From the NCBI GenBank assembly GCA_030390025.1, contig CM059432.1:124932001-124996000 (forward strand): a stretch of DNA of 64,000 bases, in the 5' to 3' direction. Position numbers and translations under genes: made by a program. Below are positions 24,371-36,879 of the stretch, one piece after another (the stretch's first letter is position 1; every line of letters starts with the position of its first letter). This stretch comes from Squalus acanthias (lineage: Eukaryota). The notes beneath the pieces were generated by a model. It made no database searches. It saw only the letters and a list, made by a program, of their open reading frames with translations, and was not told where the DNA came from.

Positions 24371-26198
24371 ATAGAATTTACCACACAGAAAGAGACCATT
24401 CAGTCTATGATTTTGTGACTGCTAACTGAGAAGTGAACATCCCCTTGAATTATACTATTTTGATTGTCACAGGTGATCTGAAAAATGAAGGCTGGAAGCC
24501 CTTACGTTTCATGAAGGCAAAGGAATTGTGTGCAGGAGCCTGCCAGGCCATTTTGGTGCAATGAATGAGACCCTCAACCTTGGGGAATCCTGCCATGTGA
24601 AAAATTCTGCTGTAGGCTGTCCATGGGGAAAGCGATGGAATAACTCACACTGGTGAAGAACACATTAGTCACCTGCTTTAGACGTCTGTAAACTGCAGAA
24701 TGACTGATGTTGCTGCAACGTGGAATGAGGCAAATGCACAAAAGTTCAGCTCCGCAGTACCTCTGGCAGCCAAAATCAGTATAGTCCCTGCGGTGGAAGT
24801 TGGCTGGAGGTCACTTTCCTTGAGATAGCACAACTCTGTCACTGCCTCTCACGTCAAGTGCAGCCTGTGAAGACTTTTCCTGAGGTGTCGCAAGGGCGGT
24901 ATGCCTCTGCCTGGAGTCTGTGAGTAACGGTGGGTGCGGACGGTCTGCCTCAGGTGTAATTTCAACAACAACAACAACAACTTGCATTTATATAATGTCT
25001 TTAACATAGTAAAACGCCCCCCAAGGCACCTCTCCATTCCTTCTCTTCTTCAGCCCAATAATACAGAAAGAATGAGATTTCCATTGGAATGCCTATATTG
25101 TAAGTTACAGTTGCAGCAACTGAAAACATCTCAGCCAAAGCTCTTGGCCCATAACCTACAAACATAACCCAGGAGAAAGCTGTCAAAATAACCTGCAAGA
25201 AAAAACTTCACATTCAATTCTCAGCAATACAAAATACCAGTCTCCTTTAAATGCTGAATTCATATCAGCACAGAACAGCCCTCCCTGCAACACCCACTTT
25301 ATACTGGCAGCAGTAGGTTACAGTACTTTCCTGGCGAGAACCATGGAAAATTCTGTAAGAATACTATTATAATTAATTCCATTATTATCAATGAAGCTCT
25401 CACTCATTTTCAGCACAAGCTTAATTCACATGGTTCACATCTCCCACTGCCCATTCTGCATCACTGTCACTAGGAAATATAACCAAGCAGATCATCGACA
25501 AGCTATATGGACCTGCCTACATCAAGATAGGAATTCAGGTACTGGCAAATTTTAGTATTTAATTAATAGTTACAGCAATCAATTGGAAGACAAACCCTTA
25601 CCTTCCAGGGACTTGAGTGCACACGGCATGTACAACGTCACTAATGAAGTTGACATTTGGGGCCTTTGGAATTACTAGTGTTCACTCATTATGAAATGGC
25701 TGACTCAGGACAATCCTACCAGGAAGTCATTATTCACGGAGGGGGCAGAGGGAGGGGTGCACTAACAATCATTACGTGTACCAACAATCATTACGTGTAC
25801 ATATTGGGAGGAAGCCACCTATCCCCAAAGAATGTAAAAGTCCTGCAGTATATAGAAATATAAAAAATATAAATATATACATATTTTAATGGACATACCA
25901 ATTACAATGATAAGCAACAGGTTATGAGCAGCCATTCCTTGCTAGCACATCTGACAGAATGGTAGCTTTTGGCTTTGGATAGTATAAGAAGCTAAACACA
26001 AATATTTGAAATGCTGGTTAGGTGCAAATTCAGAGTGGTCATTGCCAAAAATGTCCCAGCATCAGATAACAAAAAAATCAACTCAATGTGACACCTAGGG
26101 TTAGGTAATTGAGACTAGAGAGTGATTACTTCCTTTGCTTTGTGTATCAGTAGATAGACCTAATTTTCTTTTTGGCTGCGTTTATTTGCACCACAAGT

Positions 26199-26610
26199 GC
26201 CTGATCTTCTCCCCCCGGGTTCCTGACCTTCTCCCCCCCGAGTTCATGACCTTCTCCCCCCTCCCCCCCCCCAAGTTCCTGCCCGTCTCCCCCCGAGTTC
26301 CTGACGTTCTCCCCCCCAAGTTCCTGACCTTCTCCCCGCCCCCGCGAGCTCCTGACCTTCACCCCCCAAAGTTCCTGACCTTCTCCCCCCGAGTTCCTGA
26401 CCTTCTCCCCCCCGAGTTCCTGACCTTCTCCCCCCGAGTTCCTGACCTTCTCCCCCCCCGAGTTCCTGACCTTCTCCCCCCCAAGTTCCTGACCTTCTCC
26501 CCCCCCAAGTTCCTGACCTTCTCCCCCCCCCACCCCGAGTTCCTGACCTTCTCCCTGCCCCCGCGAGCTCCTGACCTTCACCCCCCACCCCAATCTCTTG
26601 ACCTTCTCCA
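26199..26610. repeat. C-rich minisatellite, unit about (GAGTTCCTGACCTTCTCCCCCC), variable C-run
   Basis: About 16 tandem units visible. Confidence 0.95.
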
Positions 26611-26797
26611 CAGGAGGTGGTTGAGGCCGCAGGACACAGCACTGCGGCTAAGCGCATGTGCAGTTGGATCCTCCGATGCGCATGTGCAACCGTAACATCG
26701 GGTGCGCATGCACGGATCGGATGGGGGTGGGACGGTGTTTAGGCTCTGCCCCCATACAGTGCACAGGCACAGAACGACTCAAACCTGTTCGTGCAAA

Positions 26798-28280
26798 TAC
26801 ATAGGATTACATAGGATATACGGCAGAGGAAGAGGTAATTCAGCCCAAACAGTCCATGCCGGCGTTTATGCTCTACACGAGCCTCCTCCTGTTTTTCCTC
26901 ATCTAAATCATTCAGCGTAACCCTCTATTCCCTTCTCCCTCATATGCTTATCTAACCGCCCCTTAACTCCATCTATACTATTCGCTTCAACCACTCCCTG
27001 TGGTAGCGAGTTCCACATTCTCACCACTCTCTGGGTAAAGAAGTTTCTTCTGAATTCCCTACTTGATTTCTTGGTGACTATCTTATATCGATGGCCTCTA
27101 GTTTTGCTCTTCCCCACAAGTGGAAACACTCTCTCTGCGTCTACTCTATCAAAACCATTCATAATTTTAAAGACCTCTATTAGGTCACCCCTCAGCCTTC
27201 GCTTTTCAAGAGAAAAGAGACCCAGCCTGTTCATCGTTTCCTGATAGGTATACCCTCGCATTTCTGGTATCATCCTTGTAAATCTTCTCTGCACCCTCTC
27301 CAGTGCCTCTATATCCTTTTTATAATATGGCAACCAGAATTGTACGCAGTACTCCAAGTGTGGTCTAGCCAAGGTTCGATACAGGTTTAGCATAACTTCT
27401 CTACTTTTCAATTCTATCCCTCTAGAAATAAACCCTAGTGCTTGGTTTGCTTTTTTTATGGCCTTGCTAACCTGTATCGATACTTTTAGTGATTTGTGTA
27501 TTTGTACTCCGCGATCCCTTTGCTCCTCCACCCCATTTAGATCCTTATTTTCCAAGTAATATGTGACCTCCCTATTTTTCTTACCAAAATGTAGTATCTC
27601 ACATTTATCTGTGTTGAATTTCATTTGCCAATTATATGCCCATTCTGCAAGTTTATTAATGTCTTCTTGTAATTTGTTGCAGTCCTCCTCAGTATTGACT
27701 ATGCCCCCCAATTTGGTGTCATCCGCCAATTTAGAAATTGTGTTTTTGATTCTAAAGCCTAAATCGTTAATATAAATTGTGAACAACAGTGGTCCCAGCA
27801 CTGATCCTTGTGGAACACCACTTCCCACTTTCTGCCACTCTGAATAGCTACCCTTTACCCCAACTCACTGCTTTCTGTCTTGAAGCCAGCCAGCTCTCCA
27901 TTATGCTACTTGTCCCCTGACCCCGCATTCTCTGACCTTGTTCATCAGTCTATTATGTGGTACCTTATCGAAGGCCTTTTGAAAATCTAGATAAATTACA
28001 TCTACTGTATTACCCTTGTCTACTCTCTCTGTTACCTCTTCAAAAAATTCAATAAGGTTGGTCAAGTAAGACTTTCCCTTTTGAAATCCATGCTATTTAT
28101 TATTATATTTTTGGTTTCTAGATGTTCTTTCATTTTCTCCTTTAGTAGGGATTCCATTATTTTTCCTACCATCGATGTTGACTGGTCTATAATTCCCTGG
28201 ACATGTTCTATCTCCCTTCTTAAATATAGGTATTACGTTACCTAACCACCAGTCCTCTGGCACTACACCTTTTTCTAAAT
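26798..28280 (-). mobile_element. CR1 LINE, 5'-truncated RT
   Basis: ORF 26908-27828 ([26 protein letters not shown]); TACATAGGAT tail. Confidence 0.93.
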
Positions 28281-28320
28281 AATCACTCTGTCTGTTTTTT
28301 AGTACCAAAGAGCTAATTAC

Positions 28321-28407
28321 TTTGTTGGGTAAAAACTTTCTCTGCAGTTCCTGAAGTTTCTTGTAGTATATTGAATCCAAATATCGAGTCTTGCTTACCA
28401 ACTCCAC
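28321..28407 (-). CDS. RGS22: RGS22 coding exon (VELVSKTRYLDSIYYKKLQELQRKFLPNK)
   Basis: TTTCTAG acceptor, GTAATT donor, 87 nt phase 0; matches recalled VELVEETRQLDSTYFRKLQ. Confidence 0.92.
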
Positions 28408-29307
28408 CTAGAAATAAAAGATCTTTACTGAGTATCAATGAACAACACTAAAAACAATAACAGCAGTACTACAGGATGAGTGAGCAATTTACAGCAAGAG
28501 ACAGACCACAGAGGGAGACAGGAGGGAAAGTGTGCACCAGGATCACTTGAGAATATTGCATATATTTTCTGATCATCGACTTTCAGGCACAAATGTTCAA
28601 TGTGTTTGCACTACATTCTTCTGTGCACTATTTTCAGGTAGCTGGTAACCATTTGAAATGTAAAAAAAAATTAAATGAGTCAACAGCTGAGTAAAAATAG
28701 TGCAAGCATGTTGGTGGAGCAGGCTCGAGGGGCCAAGTAGCCTATTCCTGCTCCTATTTCTTATTTCTTATACAAGCACAGTAAGTTTTCATACCCAGTA
28801 CTTCTCCAATTGAAAAATATACCCTGAACACAAAAATGGAAACCCTTTCAAAATTGTATTTACAAGTTTTTTTTGGGGGGTGGGCGGTGGTGGGGGGGGG
28901 GTGGGGTGGTGAGGTCAGTAATTTTCTGCCCTTCCTCCTCTTAGGACTCCATAGGACATACACTGTGATCCTCTGAATGGGCCAACAACTTGTAAGGACC
29001 TGCAAACAAGCCATTGAGCTTCACCCATTCAGCTGCTGATCTTAGTCAGGCTGTCAAGGAGATCTGGCAGTAGGCTTCACCACAAGAAGGCTTCTGAGTA
29101 ACTGCACTCACACACTGTCCCTACTGGCTGGCCTCAGAGCAGATTGTCTGTCCATTCTCTCATCCAGGAAAATATTCATGAAAAGAAAAAACAGGAAGTT
29201 GGAAAAAATATAAATGTCTACGGACTAAATGCAAGTCTGTACAAAATATGAAGTGGACCATTTTCTACAGACTCATTTAAAAAGGTGGTTGGATGCATTG
29301 ACTGTAC

Positions 29308-29502
29308 CTTTCTGTATCTTGACATGTCCATTTCAAGCATTTGGATCCAAGGTACCAGAAGCAAGATGAGAGTGTGTTCCTCTAACTGATCAAACAGCTC
29401 CTCAAAGGGTGGCTCTAGTTTTCTATAGATCATTTTCTTATTCTCTGTATCTATCTCGACATCTGCTGGAGCCCCTTCAACAGTGTATGTTGCAAAAATG
29501 AA
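29308..29502 (-). CDS. RGS22: RGS22 coding exon (FIFATYTVEGAPADVEID...PPFEELFDQLEEHTLILLLVPW...YRK)
   Basis: TTTCAG acceptor, GTACAG donor, 195 nt phase 0; PPFEELFD motif. Confidence 0.95.
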
Positions 29503-29782
29503 CTGAAACAAGTGGACAAATCGTGAAAAGATCAGTTTGCAGATGGAAATGTTCAAACAGCCGTTTCAATGGTTCATTGAAATCATACAAACAAACTGCT
29601 TTTTCATCATAAGTTATATTGGTGACGCCTGGATTGCAGAGTCAGTCCCACACACAGGCAGGTCAGTGACCAAAGAATTTCCTGTGGGGTCTATTCTGGG
29701 TCTACTGCTGTTTACTCTATTCATAAACAAAAATGAGGAGAATAATTCTAGTAATAATAGTATAACGTGTTCTGAATGCCTC

Positions 29783-30000
29783 TCCCTCAGTGGCTTAGTG
29801 GCTAATGCGCCACATGTTGTGGCACTGAGCCACACAGACAAGAAGGTCGAAGGTTTGATTCCTGCCTTGTGTCGAGTTATCTTATCTCAGCCAGGGCAGG
29901 AATTAGGGTACTGCAGCTGGCCTTAACATTCCTGGGCTAGAGAGAGGAAAATCAGGCAATGTTCCTGCTCCAGACCACGATTCAATGACCCCCTGCTCGA
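29783..30000 (+). mobile_element. Degenerate tRNA-derived SINE
   Basis: TGGCTTAGTGG A-box-like and GGTTTGATTCC B-box-like motifs. Confidence 0.45.
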
Positions 30001-31219
30001 AGGTGCACCCAGTAAGTGTCTGCAGCTCGCCAGCCTTATGTAATTTAGACCCACGACTCAATATCGGGCGTGCCAAGGGCTGGCCCATTCTGGAGGAAGG
30101 ACTGTTCCTTGTGCCCAGTTTGTGCTGGTAGGCTACCATGAACCAGTCTCTAGGCCATAATGTTCTGTGCCTTGGTACAAAAAAAACATGAAACCTGGAT
30201 TAACAATGGACGGGTCCTATTTTAAAATTCAACAGATACCTTCTCCTACAGGAAGGACATCACTAAAACTTTAGGGAGGGGGTGTTCCACTCAAACTGAT
30301 TTTTAATTAAACTGACAGAAATAACAAATGAAATTAAAACAAGAAAATCAGGAATAGTATAAACAAAGGCACCATGTGAGGCCCACTGATCATGGAAGGC
30401 ATCCAGTGAGCTAGTATACTCTATGTTGGTGCTCAAGGGTCACCTGGTATGAATCAGAGTTTGAACCAGACAAGTCTGCATCCTGGACCTATAGATTGAG
30501 CAAGCAAAGATGGGTCTCTCTATATTGGGCAGGCTACACTGCAGTGTCTATTCACAGGGTCAATCCCACTACTGAGCAGCACTGGGGCTTTGACCTGCTT
30601 GGTTTCTGATCTGGGCCAGTTAAGCCCTCTTTAGCAGATTTGGTGGTCTTAGGTTTACCTGGAAACATCAAACTTAGCAATGGATAGCCAATCAACATAA
30701 CCCAGATCTCCTGACCTGAAACAATCATCCAATCTCAGCCTCCATGGAGCTGCATAATAGAGATGTCCCACCCTGTCTGGCCAATGCCCATTTTAAGCAT
30801 GTAAAAGGAAAAGGATTTGCTGCGATTACCGATCATTCACAGAAAATATCTGCTCAATACAAAACAGATAACAAAGCTAATCAATTACTGGCATGCGACC
30901 CAGGTATTTGATTATAATTCAAAGTAGGTTATTTCAACCCTGTATAAGGTCACATTTGGAATCTTGTGTGTAACTTTAGGCATCTTACTTTCAAAATTTG
31001 ATTCAATGAATGTAAAGTATAGGCGAATGACATATACATTTCTGAAACTTTAAGTTATCATAAGATGTCAAGATCATTAGATACAGGTTTGGAATTGATC
31101 CCATCCTTTCAGAATACTAGCTGCCATCGGAGGATTCCGAGGCCGCCCCCTGCCGGCCGCACCCCCCCCCCCCTCCCCACCCCACCCCCCCCCCCGCGCA
31201 ACCTCTCCCACTTTGAAGG

Positions 31220-32130
31220 AAACATGCTGGCCATCACGGGCGGAGGAGAGTCATGGCCGTGGCGAGTAGCAATGCTGGAGGAGATGTGGTGCAGAGATTC
31301 TTCACACCTTACCCTCTTTTCCCCTCTTACTTCTATCTCACCCTACACACTCTGCATGACAAACTGCAGCTGCTTTCAACAACCAATTCTTCCTCTGCTT
31401 TTACCTTCACACTAAAAGCTAACCCTTGTCCCTCTCTCATTTCAGGTGCTGGAAATGTGGAGATATCTCTGCCACTTCAGGAAGAGCAGGCCAGCCTTTC
31501 TGAAGATGCACCGTCACTCGGGTCTGACCCTAGCAAGCACCAGCTCAAATACTGGCACCACGCCTACTTCAGAGGCTAGGTTAGAGGAGGGGTTTTCACG
31601 CGGTGAGGCACCGGGCACAAGTGCAGCAGCTGGGGCAGGGAGATAGGATGCCAGAGGTGCCAGCACACTGGAGGGTGAGATCACATACTCGCTCTGCTGC
31701 AGAGGACTCAGACACAGATTTCGAGGGTGCAGGCTACCAAAGAAGGCTAATGGGCATACACCAGGAAATGTTAGGTGCACTGGACAGCTTGCCAGCGAGC
31801 TTGCGCACAATGGCTCAGAGCATAGAAGAGTCCAGCTCTAACTTATGTCAAGGCCTGGCACAGAGCATGGAGACCATTCGATCGAACATGGATCGAGCAG
31901 TCAGCTCCATGAACACAACAGTGGTGCCCACCATCATGGAGCCTCTGGTGAGAGCTCCGACAGCTTGCATGGCAGCTAACACTGCTGCTATGGAAGCTCA
32001 GACAGCTGCCATCTCGGCTTTGGGGGCCCAGTGTTGACAAGGGCCTTCAAATCGTCACAGCAGTCGTACACTCTGTCTGGTGCAGAGCAGTAGGAATGCT
32101 GAGGCACAGTTCCAGGAGACTAGCCTTGGC
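31220..32130 (+). pseudogene. Decayed Harbinger Myb/SANT accessory-gene fragment (exons 2-3)
   Basis: Acceptor CTCTCATTTCAG at 31445; RRLMGIHQEMLGALDSLPASLRTMAQSIEE and AMEAQTAA parallel exon 3 of 33612-34588. Confidence 0.65.
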
Positions 32131-32714
32131 ACTATGGTCTGCAGCCAGTTGCAAAAGGCTGCTCGTATTTTAAAGTCTAAAATGATGCAGTCTGGGTCAC
32201 AGCAAAGTTGTTTGCATGAATGGCCAGTTGACACTGAACCCCAGGAAGCAGCTCATAAAAAACAACAAGATTGTGATATTGTGGAAGCAGCAGATGTGAA
32301 CAGTAACAACTGTTAACACAGGTTCTCTGTTGATGACTAGAAAAGAAAACAAAAAGGGGGAAAAATTAGGTCGCGCCCCATTTGGGGCGCAAATATCGTC
32401 TGGACGCAAATATTAGCGCCTGGCGCTAATTATCGCCACTGACTGGAAACTTCACTTTTACCGCCCCGAGAGGTGAGTGGAGCGCTAAATCAGGCGCTGC
32501 ACACCTGTCTTAAGGCGTAAAGGCCGAGCAGTGAGGCGCTAACTCAGCGCGCGAGCGCAGCGCAGCTGCTGCCAGTTAGCGAGGGAACACAGACACACTG
32601 GCGCCGGCCACTTCTTAAAGCGGGGGAGGCCAACTTGCTCCCCAGCCACACCCTGCTCATTGCAGCCTTGAATCTCGGCCTGGAGAGACCTGTGAATCCA
32701 TTTTGCTGCCAAGG

Positions 32715-34588
32715 ATGGAGAGGGAGAGAGAACGAGCTCATCGCTTCACCGAGCGGGCCTTGGATGCTCTGGTTGGCGCGGTGGAGCGCAGAAGATGTAT
32801 ACTCTTCCCTGAGAGTGGCAGGAGGCCTTTGCCACGCGAGTTCAGAAGAGTGTGGAGGGAGGTGGCTCAGAGCATCTCCTCCAGGAGCATGGTGCCCAGG
32901 ACCCATACTCAATGCCGCAAAAAGTTCAACGACCTCACTCGGGTCGTCATGGTGAGTGGCTTTTTCTCAATACCTCTCCATCCCTCCATCTCAACCTCAC
33001 TCTATGGCCAGAGGGTCTTAAAACCCCAATGCACAACACTCATCCAACACCTATGGCCCTTTCATGAAACACACACACACATTCCACACTTTGCATACAG
33101 TAAGTGCTATTCACCTATGGGAGGCACATCAGGCAAGACCATGGCTGCATACAGTAAGGGCTATTCACCTATGGGAGGCACATCAGGCAAGACCATGACT
33201 GTATACAGTAAGGGCTATTCACCTATGGGAGGCACATCAGGCAAGACCATGGCTGTATATTTACTCAGATGCTGTCCTTTTTCTTACAGGCCAATCTGGC
33301 GCATAATCGGAGACAGCAGCAACGGACAGGTGGAGGGCGGCCTCAGCTGCAACCCCTCAGCGATCTTGAGGAGCGCGTCCACAGGATTGTGGCAAGCCGG
33401 GTGATCGGTCCCGTCGCCACTGGAGACGCCGACCCCGTTCTGGACAGCAATGGTAAGGTCATCACCTTTTTGTCCTCTGTCCTTCCACTTGTCCCTCACA
33501 ACACCAGCCTTTGACACTTTCAATCCAACTTGCTAACTCGCTGCACTTATTCCGCCCTTACTGCCACCCTGTCCTCACGCTAAAGCCACTCTTGTACCTC
33601 CCTGCTTTCAGATGGTGATTCACCAGCTGAGGAGACGGGCCCTGAAGCTGCCACTGGGAGTGAAGCTGCAGCCGAGGAGGAAGAGGAAGCCGGAGCATCA
33701 GTGCCACCCTCTCCCGAGGAAGCCCATGCCCACACTGGGAACACGCCTTCCCTGGAGGGGAGCAGGGGGGAAGGGTCTGATGAGGGTGAAGCTCCAGGAC
33801 CCAGCGGGCTGCAGCAACGCCATGGGGGTAGGGAAGAGCGGGGGCCTTCTCCCCAGAGGGAGAGTATGCCAGACACTCCTACTGCAATGGACGCAGAGGA
33901 GGAGCGGCTGATCGCAGAAATGAACACCCAGGCGGTGGGCATGCACACTGAGCTCATGGGTGCAGTGGGAAGGGTGCCCGAATGCATTGAGTCACTGGCA
34001 AGGAGTGTGGAGCACTTCGCTGTAGCACAGGCGGATGCCACACTAACGCTTAATGCTGCAATTCAGTCACTGGCTGCCGTGATCCCATCTCTGACTGCTC
34101 TCATGCAGACTCAGATTGAGGCCACGCGAGCACAGACTGCTGCCAACCTCGATGGTTCGTTCACATGTCCCCGGGGCTGTCACCGCGCCGCAGCAGGCCA
34201 GCAATCTGTTCTCCGGCAGATTGCTCCGGATGCTGAAGTGCTGCCCCGTGGGAGTGCCAGTGTGTCGGGCGAGCAGGGAGTTGCTGTCCTCTCTCACGAT
34301 GACATCATTCCTGCTGCCAACACTGTCACTTCTCCACTGCACTTACCACCGCCTGTAGGACAGACTGCTGCCGCCCATGCAGAGTTGGTGCAGTCTGCAG
34401 CCGGGCCCTCCAGGCCCAGAACTGGTCGAGGCCGTCCTTCAGGGGCATCTGCAGTGTCAGGGTCTGACGAGCAGCAGCCTTCCACCAGCCTTGCTGCAGC
34501 CACTGAGGTCCCATTACGGAGGAGCAGTAGGGTTAGAAGGGGGGAAGTGCGCAAGGGAAGGAGATCACCCTCGAAGGGCAAAAAGTAG
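32715..34588 (+). CDS. Harbinger Myb/SANT-like DNA-binding protein, 3 exons (32715-32951, 33290-33452, 33612-34588), about 458 aa
   Basis: RAHRFTERALDALV...W.EVA...RT..QCRKKFNDL trihelix motif; GTGAGT/TTACAG and GTAAGG/TTTCAG introns join in frame; RTGGG motif. Confidence 0.88.
33093..33259. repeat. 3 x 54-bp tandem repeat in intron 1 of the Myb/SANT gene
   Basis: Units start at 33093, 33147, 33201 (GCATACAGTAAGGGCTATTCACCTATGGGAGGCACATCAGGCAAGACCATGGCT). Confidence 0.95.
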
Positions 34589-34900
34589 GAGGTGTCACAA
34601 AATGCTGGTCATTTTTTTATTAAAGGTCGAGGTTCATGGTCCAACTTTTGTTTAGTATTTTGGACATTATCTCCAGGTTGTGAGAACCAGTTATGTTATT
34701 GACTGTTTTTTTGTGTTTATTTCTATGAGTTTGTCATGAGGAATTGACACACACAGAGTTTGTAAAATAAATAAGTTTCTGTATTCAAAATATACATGGT
34801 TGGTGGTTGGAATTATTGGTGCCTTGGCCGGCTTAGGGGTTGCGTGCTGGGTTCATTGATGTTGTTAGCAATGGCAGAAGCCATTTCCACAGCAGGGGCC

Positions 34901-36061
34901 CTAGAAGCGGCTTGCTATCAGCCGTTGACGGACGGCCCTTGCAGTTTGACCATTGTGGGCCGCCCTCCCGCCTTGGTGCTGCTGATGATCATCCTCCTCG
35001 TCCTCTTCCTCCTGTTCCTCCTCCTCCTCTGGTGGTGCTCCAAGGCCTGGTGGCATTGGCTGGGTCCTGACGATTGCCATGTTATGCAACATGCAGCACA
35101 CAACTACGAAGTTGGATACTCGCTCAGGCGAGTACTGCAGGGCTCCTCCAGAATGGTCGAGACAGCGGAACCGTTGCTTCAGCACGCCGATTGTGCGCTC
35201 AATTATGTTCCTGGTAGCTTGATGGCTCTCATTGTACCGCAGCTCAGCAGGGGTGTTGGGCGTACGGAGCGGTGTCATCAGCCAGGTGCTCAATGCATAC
35301 CCCTTGTCCCCGAGAAGCCAACCAACTGGCTGATGCGGTGCCTCGAAAAGTTCTGCCACAGTAGTCTGGCGCAGGATAAAAGCATCGTGGCAGCTGCCAG
35401 GATAGTGGGCATTGACAGCGAGTATCAGCTGTCTGTGGTGACAGACCAACTGAACATTCAAGGAATGGAACCCCTTTCTGTTCCGGAATTCCTCGGCATT
35501 CTCATGTGGAGCACGCAAAGCCACATGCGTGCAGTCAATGGCGCCCTGCACCATGGGGAAGCCCGCTATCCTCGCAAAGCCCAGAGCGCGGTCACGCTGC
35601 TTGTCTGGGGTCATGGGGAAAGAGATGAACTCTCGTCTCCTTTTAAAGAGGGCATTTGTGACCTGCCAGATGCAGCAATGCACCGCGAACTGGGAGATAT
35701 TGGCGAGGTCCCCAGCAGCAGCTTGAAATGAGCCAGTAGCGTAGAAGTTGAGAGCCACTGTGACCTTCACTGCCACCGACAGAGACGTCCTGGACCTCAG
35801 TTGAGGCTGCAGATCTGGCTGCAGCAGGTGGCAGAGCTCAGTGACCACCTCCTTGCTGAATCACAGCCTTCTCAAACACAGCTCCTCAGACATATGAATG
35901 TAGGAGAGCTGTTCACGATATACCCTGGGAGGGTAAGCTCTCCTGTACATACGCCTGTTGGCCCTCCTCCGTCTGGCCATCATTGCCACTCTCTCTCTGC
36001 GTCTCTGTGTCCTCCAATTCAGCTGGAGCAGGACGACGCCCCCAATCAGTGCAGCCCCCAA
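34901..36061 (-). pseudogene. Harbinger (HARBI1-like) DDE transposase with one in-frame stop and a mutated start
   Basis: GAIDCTH, NRKGFHSLNVQ, GSCHDAFIL, LLGDKGY, RNIIERTIGVLKQRFRCL; TGA at 35863-35861; TTG at 36061. Confidence 0.92.
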
Positions 36062-36779
36062 AGTCTCTTTGCAAGCAAAGTAATGAAGGACAGCAACTAA
36101 AGTACTAGCGAAGTTAGGATCAGTAGGCAAAACTACCTCACAAAGCGTTGAGTCAATGCAGAAGTCTCTCTTTCTCTCTCTCCGAATCTCTCTCTCTCTC
36201 TCTCAGAACGAGTGGTGCAAAAATGTCCACCACAGAAAAAGACAGGAAGAGGCCCCCTTTAAATAGCGCCCCCCCCAGCCCCACAGCGATTGATAGTGTT
36301 CCAGTCTTCCGGTCGTTGGATGCGCCAGGCGGTAAGGCAGGGGGCGCCACTCAATTTCCACTCCGGGGCGCCACAAGGGCGTTGCACCATGGAATGACGT
36401 CACAATCTGCGCGTGCAGGTGGTCGCAGCGGTAAGGTTTAGCGCCACCGCACAATCTCTAGTTAAGTTCCCGAGCGGCGCAAACATCGCTGCGCCCGGGC
36501 GTTAGCGGCTTTGCGCCCCATTAGCGCCCTCTTAAGGCGCTAACGGGAGGCACAACCAACTGAATTTTTACCCCAAAGACTCTTTATAGATTGACTTTTC
36601 TTTAGCCAATCACCTCTTTTGGTTGTAGATATTCCATTAAAAATTGCTCCCGAATGATTTTTGAGGCTTAGCAATCTTTAATATATATTAAAAACGTAGA
36701 AACTGCATGAAAGATGAGCATTGAAGGTTTTGTGAGGTACTTCTGTTTGTTTATGGAATTAATATGTTTATTGAAAAAA

Positions 36780-36879
36780 GACTTGCATTTCTATACAAGG
36801 CCTTTCACGACCACCAGACGTCCCAAAGCGCTTTACAGCCAATGAAGTACTTTTGAAGTGTAGGCACTGTTGTAATGTA
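36780..36879 (-). mobile_element. SINE 3' tail (L2-related tail)
   Basis: Minus strand reads CACTTCAAAAGTACTTCATTGGCTGTAAAGCGCTTTGGGACG...ATGCAAGT. Confidence 0.65.

Larger units (their letters stand above)
32356..36574. mobile_element. Full-length PIF/Harbinger DNA transposon (two convergent genes)
   Basis: GGGGGAAAAATTAG / CTGAATTTTTACCCC termini, AAA 3-bp TSD, DDE transposase plus Myb/SANT gene. Confidence 0.95.

Noticed and set aside
26135..26695. Long Pro-rich and Gly-rich ORFs on both strands
   Set aside because: By-products of the stop-free minisatellite
28093..28407. Apparent RGS22-CR1 fusion ORF
   Set aside because: Read-through past a good GTAATT donor at 28320 into a CR1 fragment starting about 40 bp away
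33093..33259. CRISPR-like array (also considered for 13384-13525 and 26199-26610)
   Set aside because: Head-to-tail tandem repeats with no unique spacers, eukaryotic context, no cas genes
34796..35731. 311-aa plus-strand ORF
   Set aside because: Antisense shadow of the GC-rich transposase; no recognisable motifs
34901..35848. Host HARBI1 or NAIF1 gene
   Set aside because: Lies within TIRs and TSD, has a premature stop, and has related MITEs and relics nearby, so it is a transposon copy
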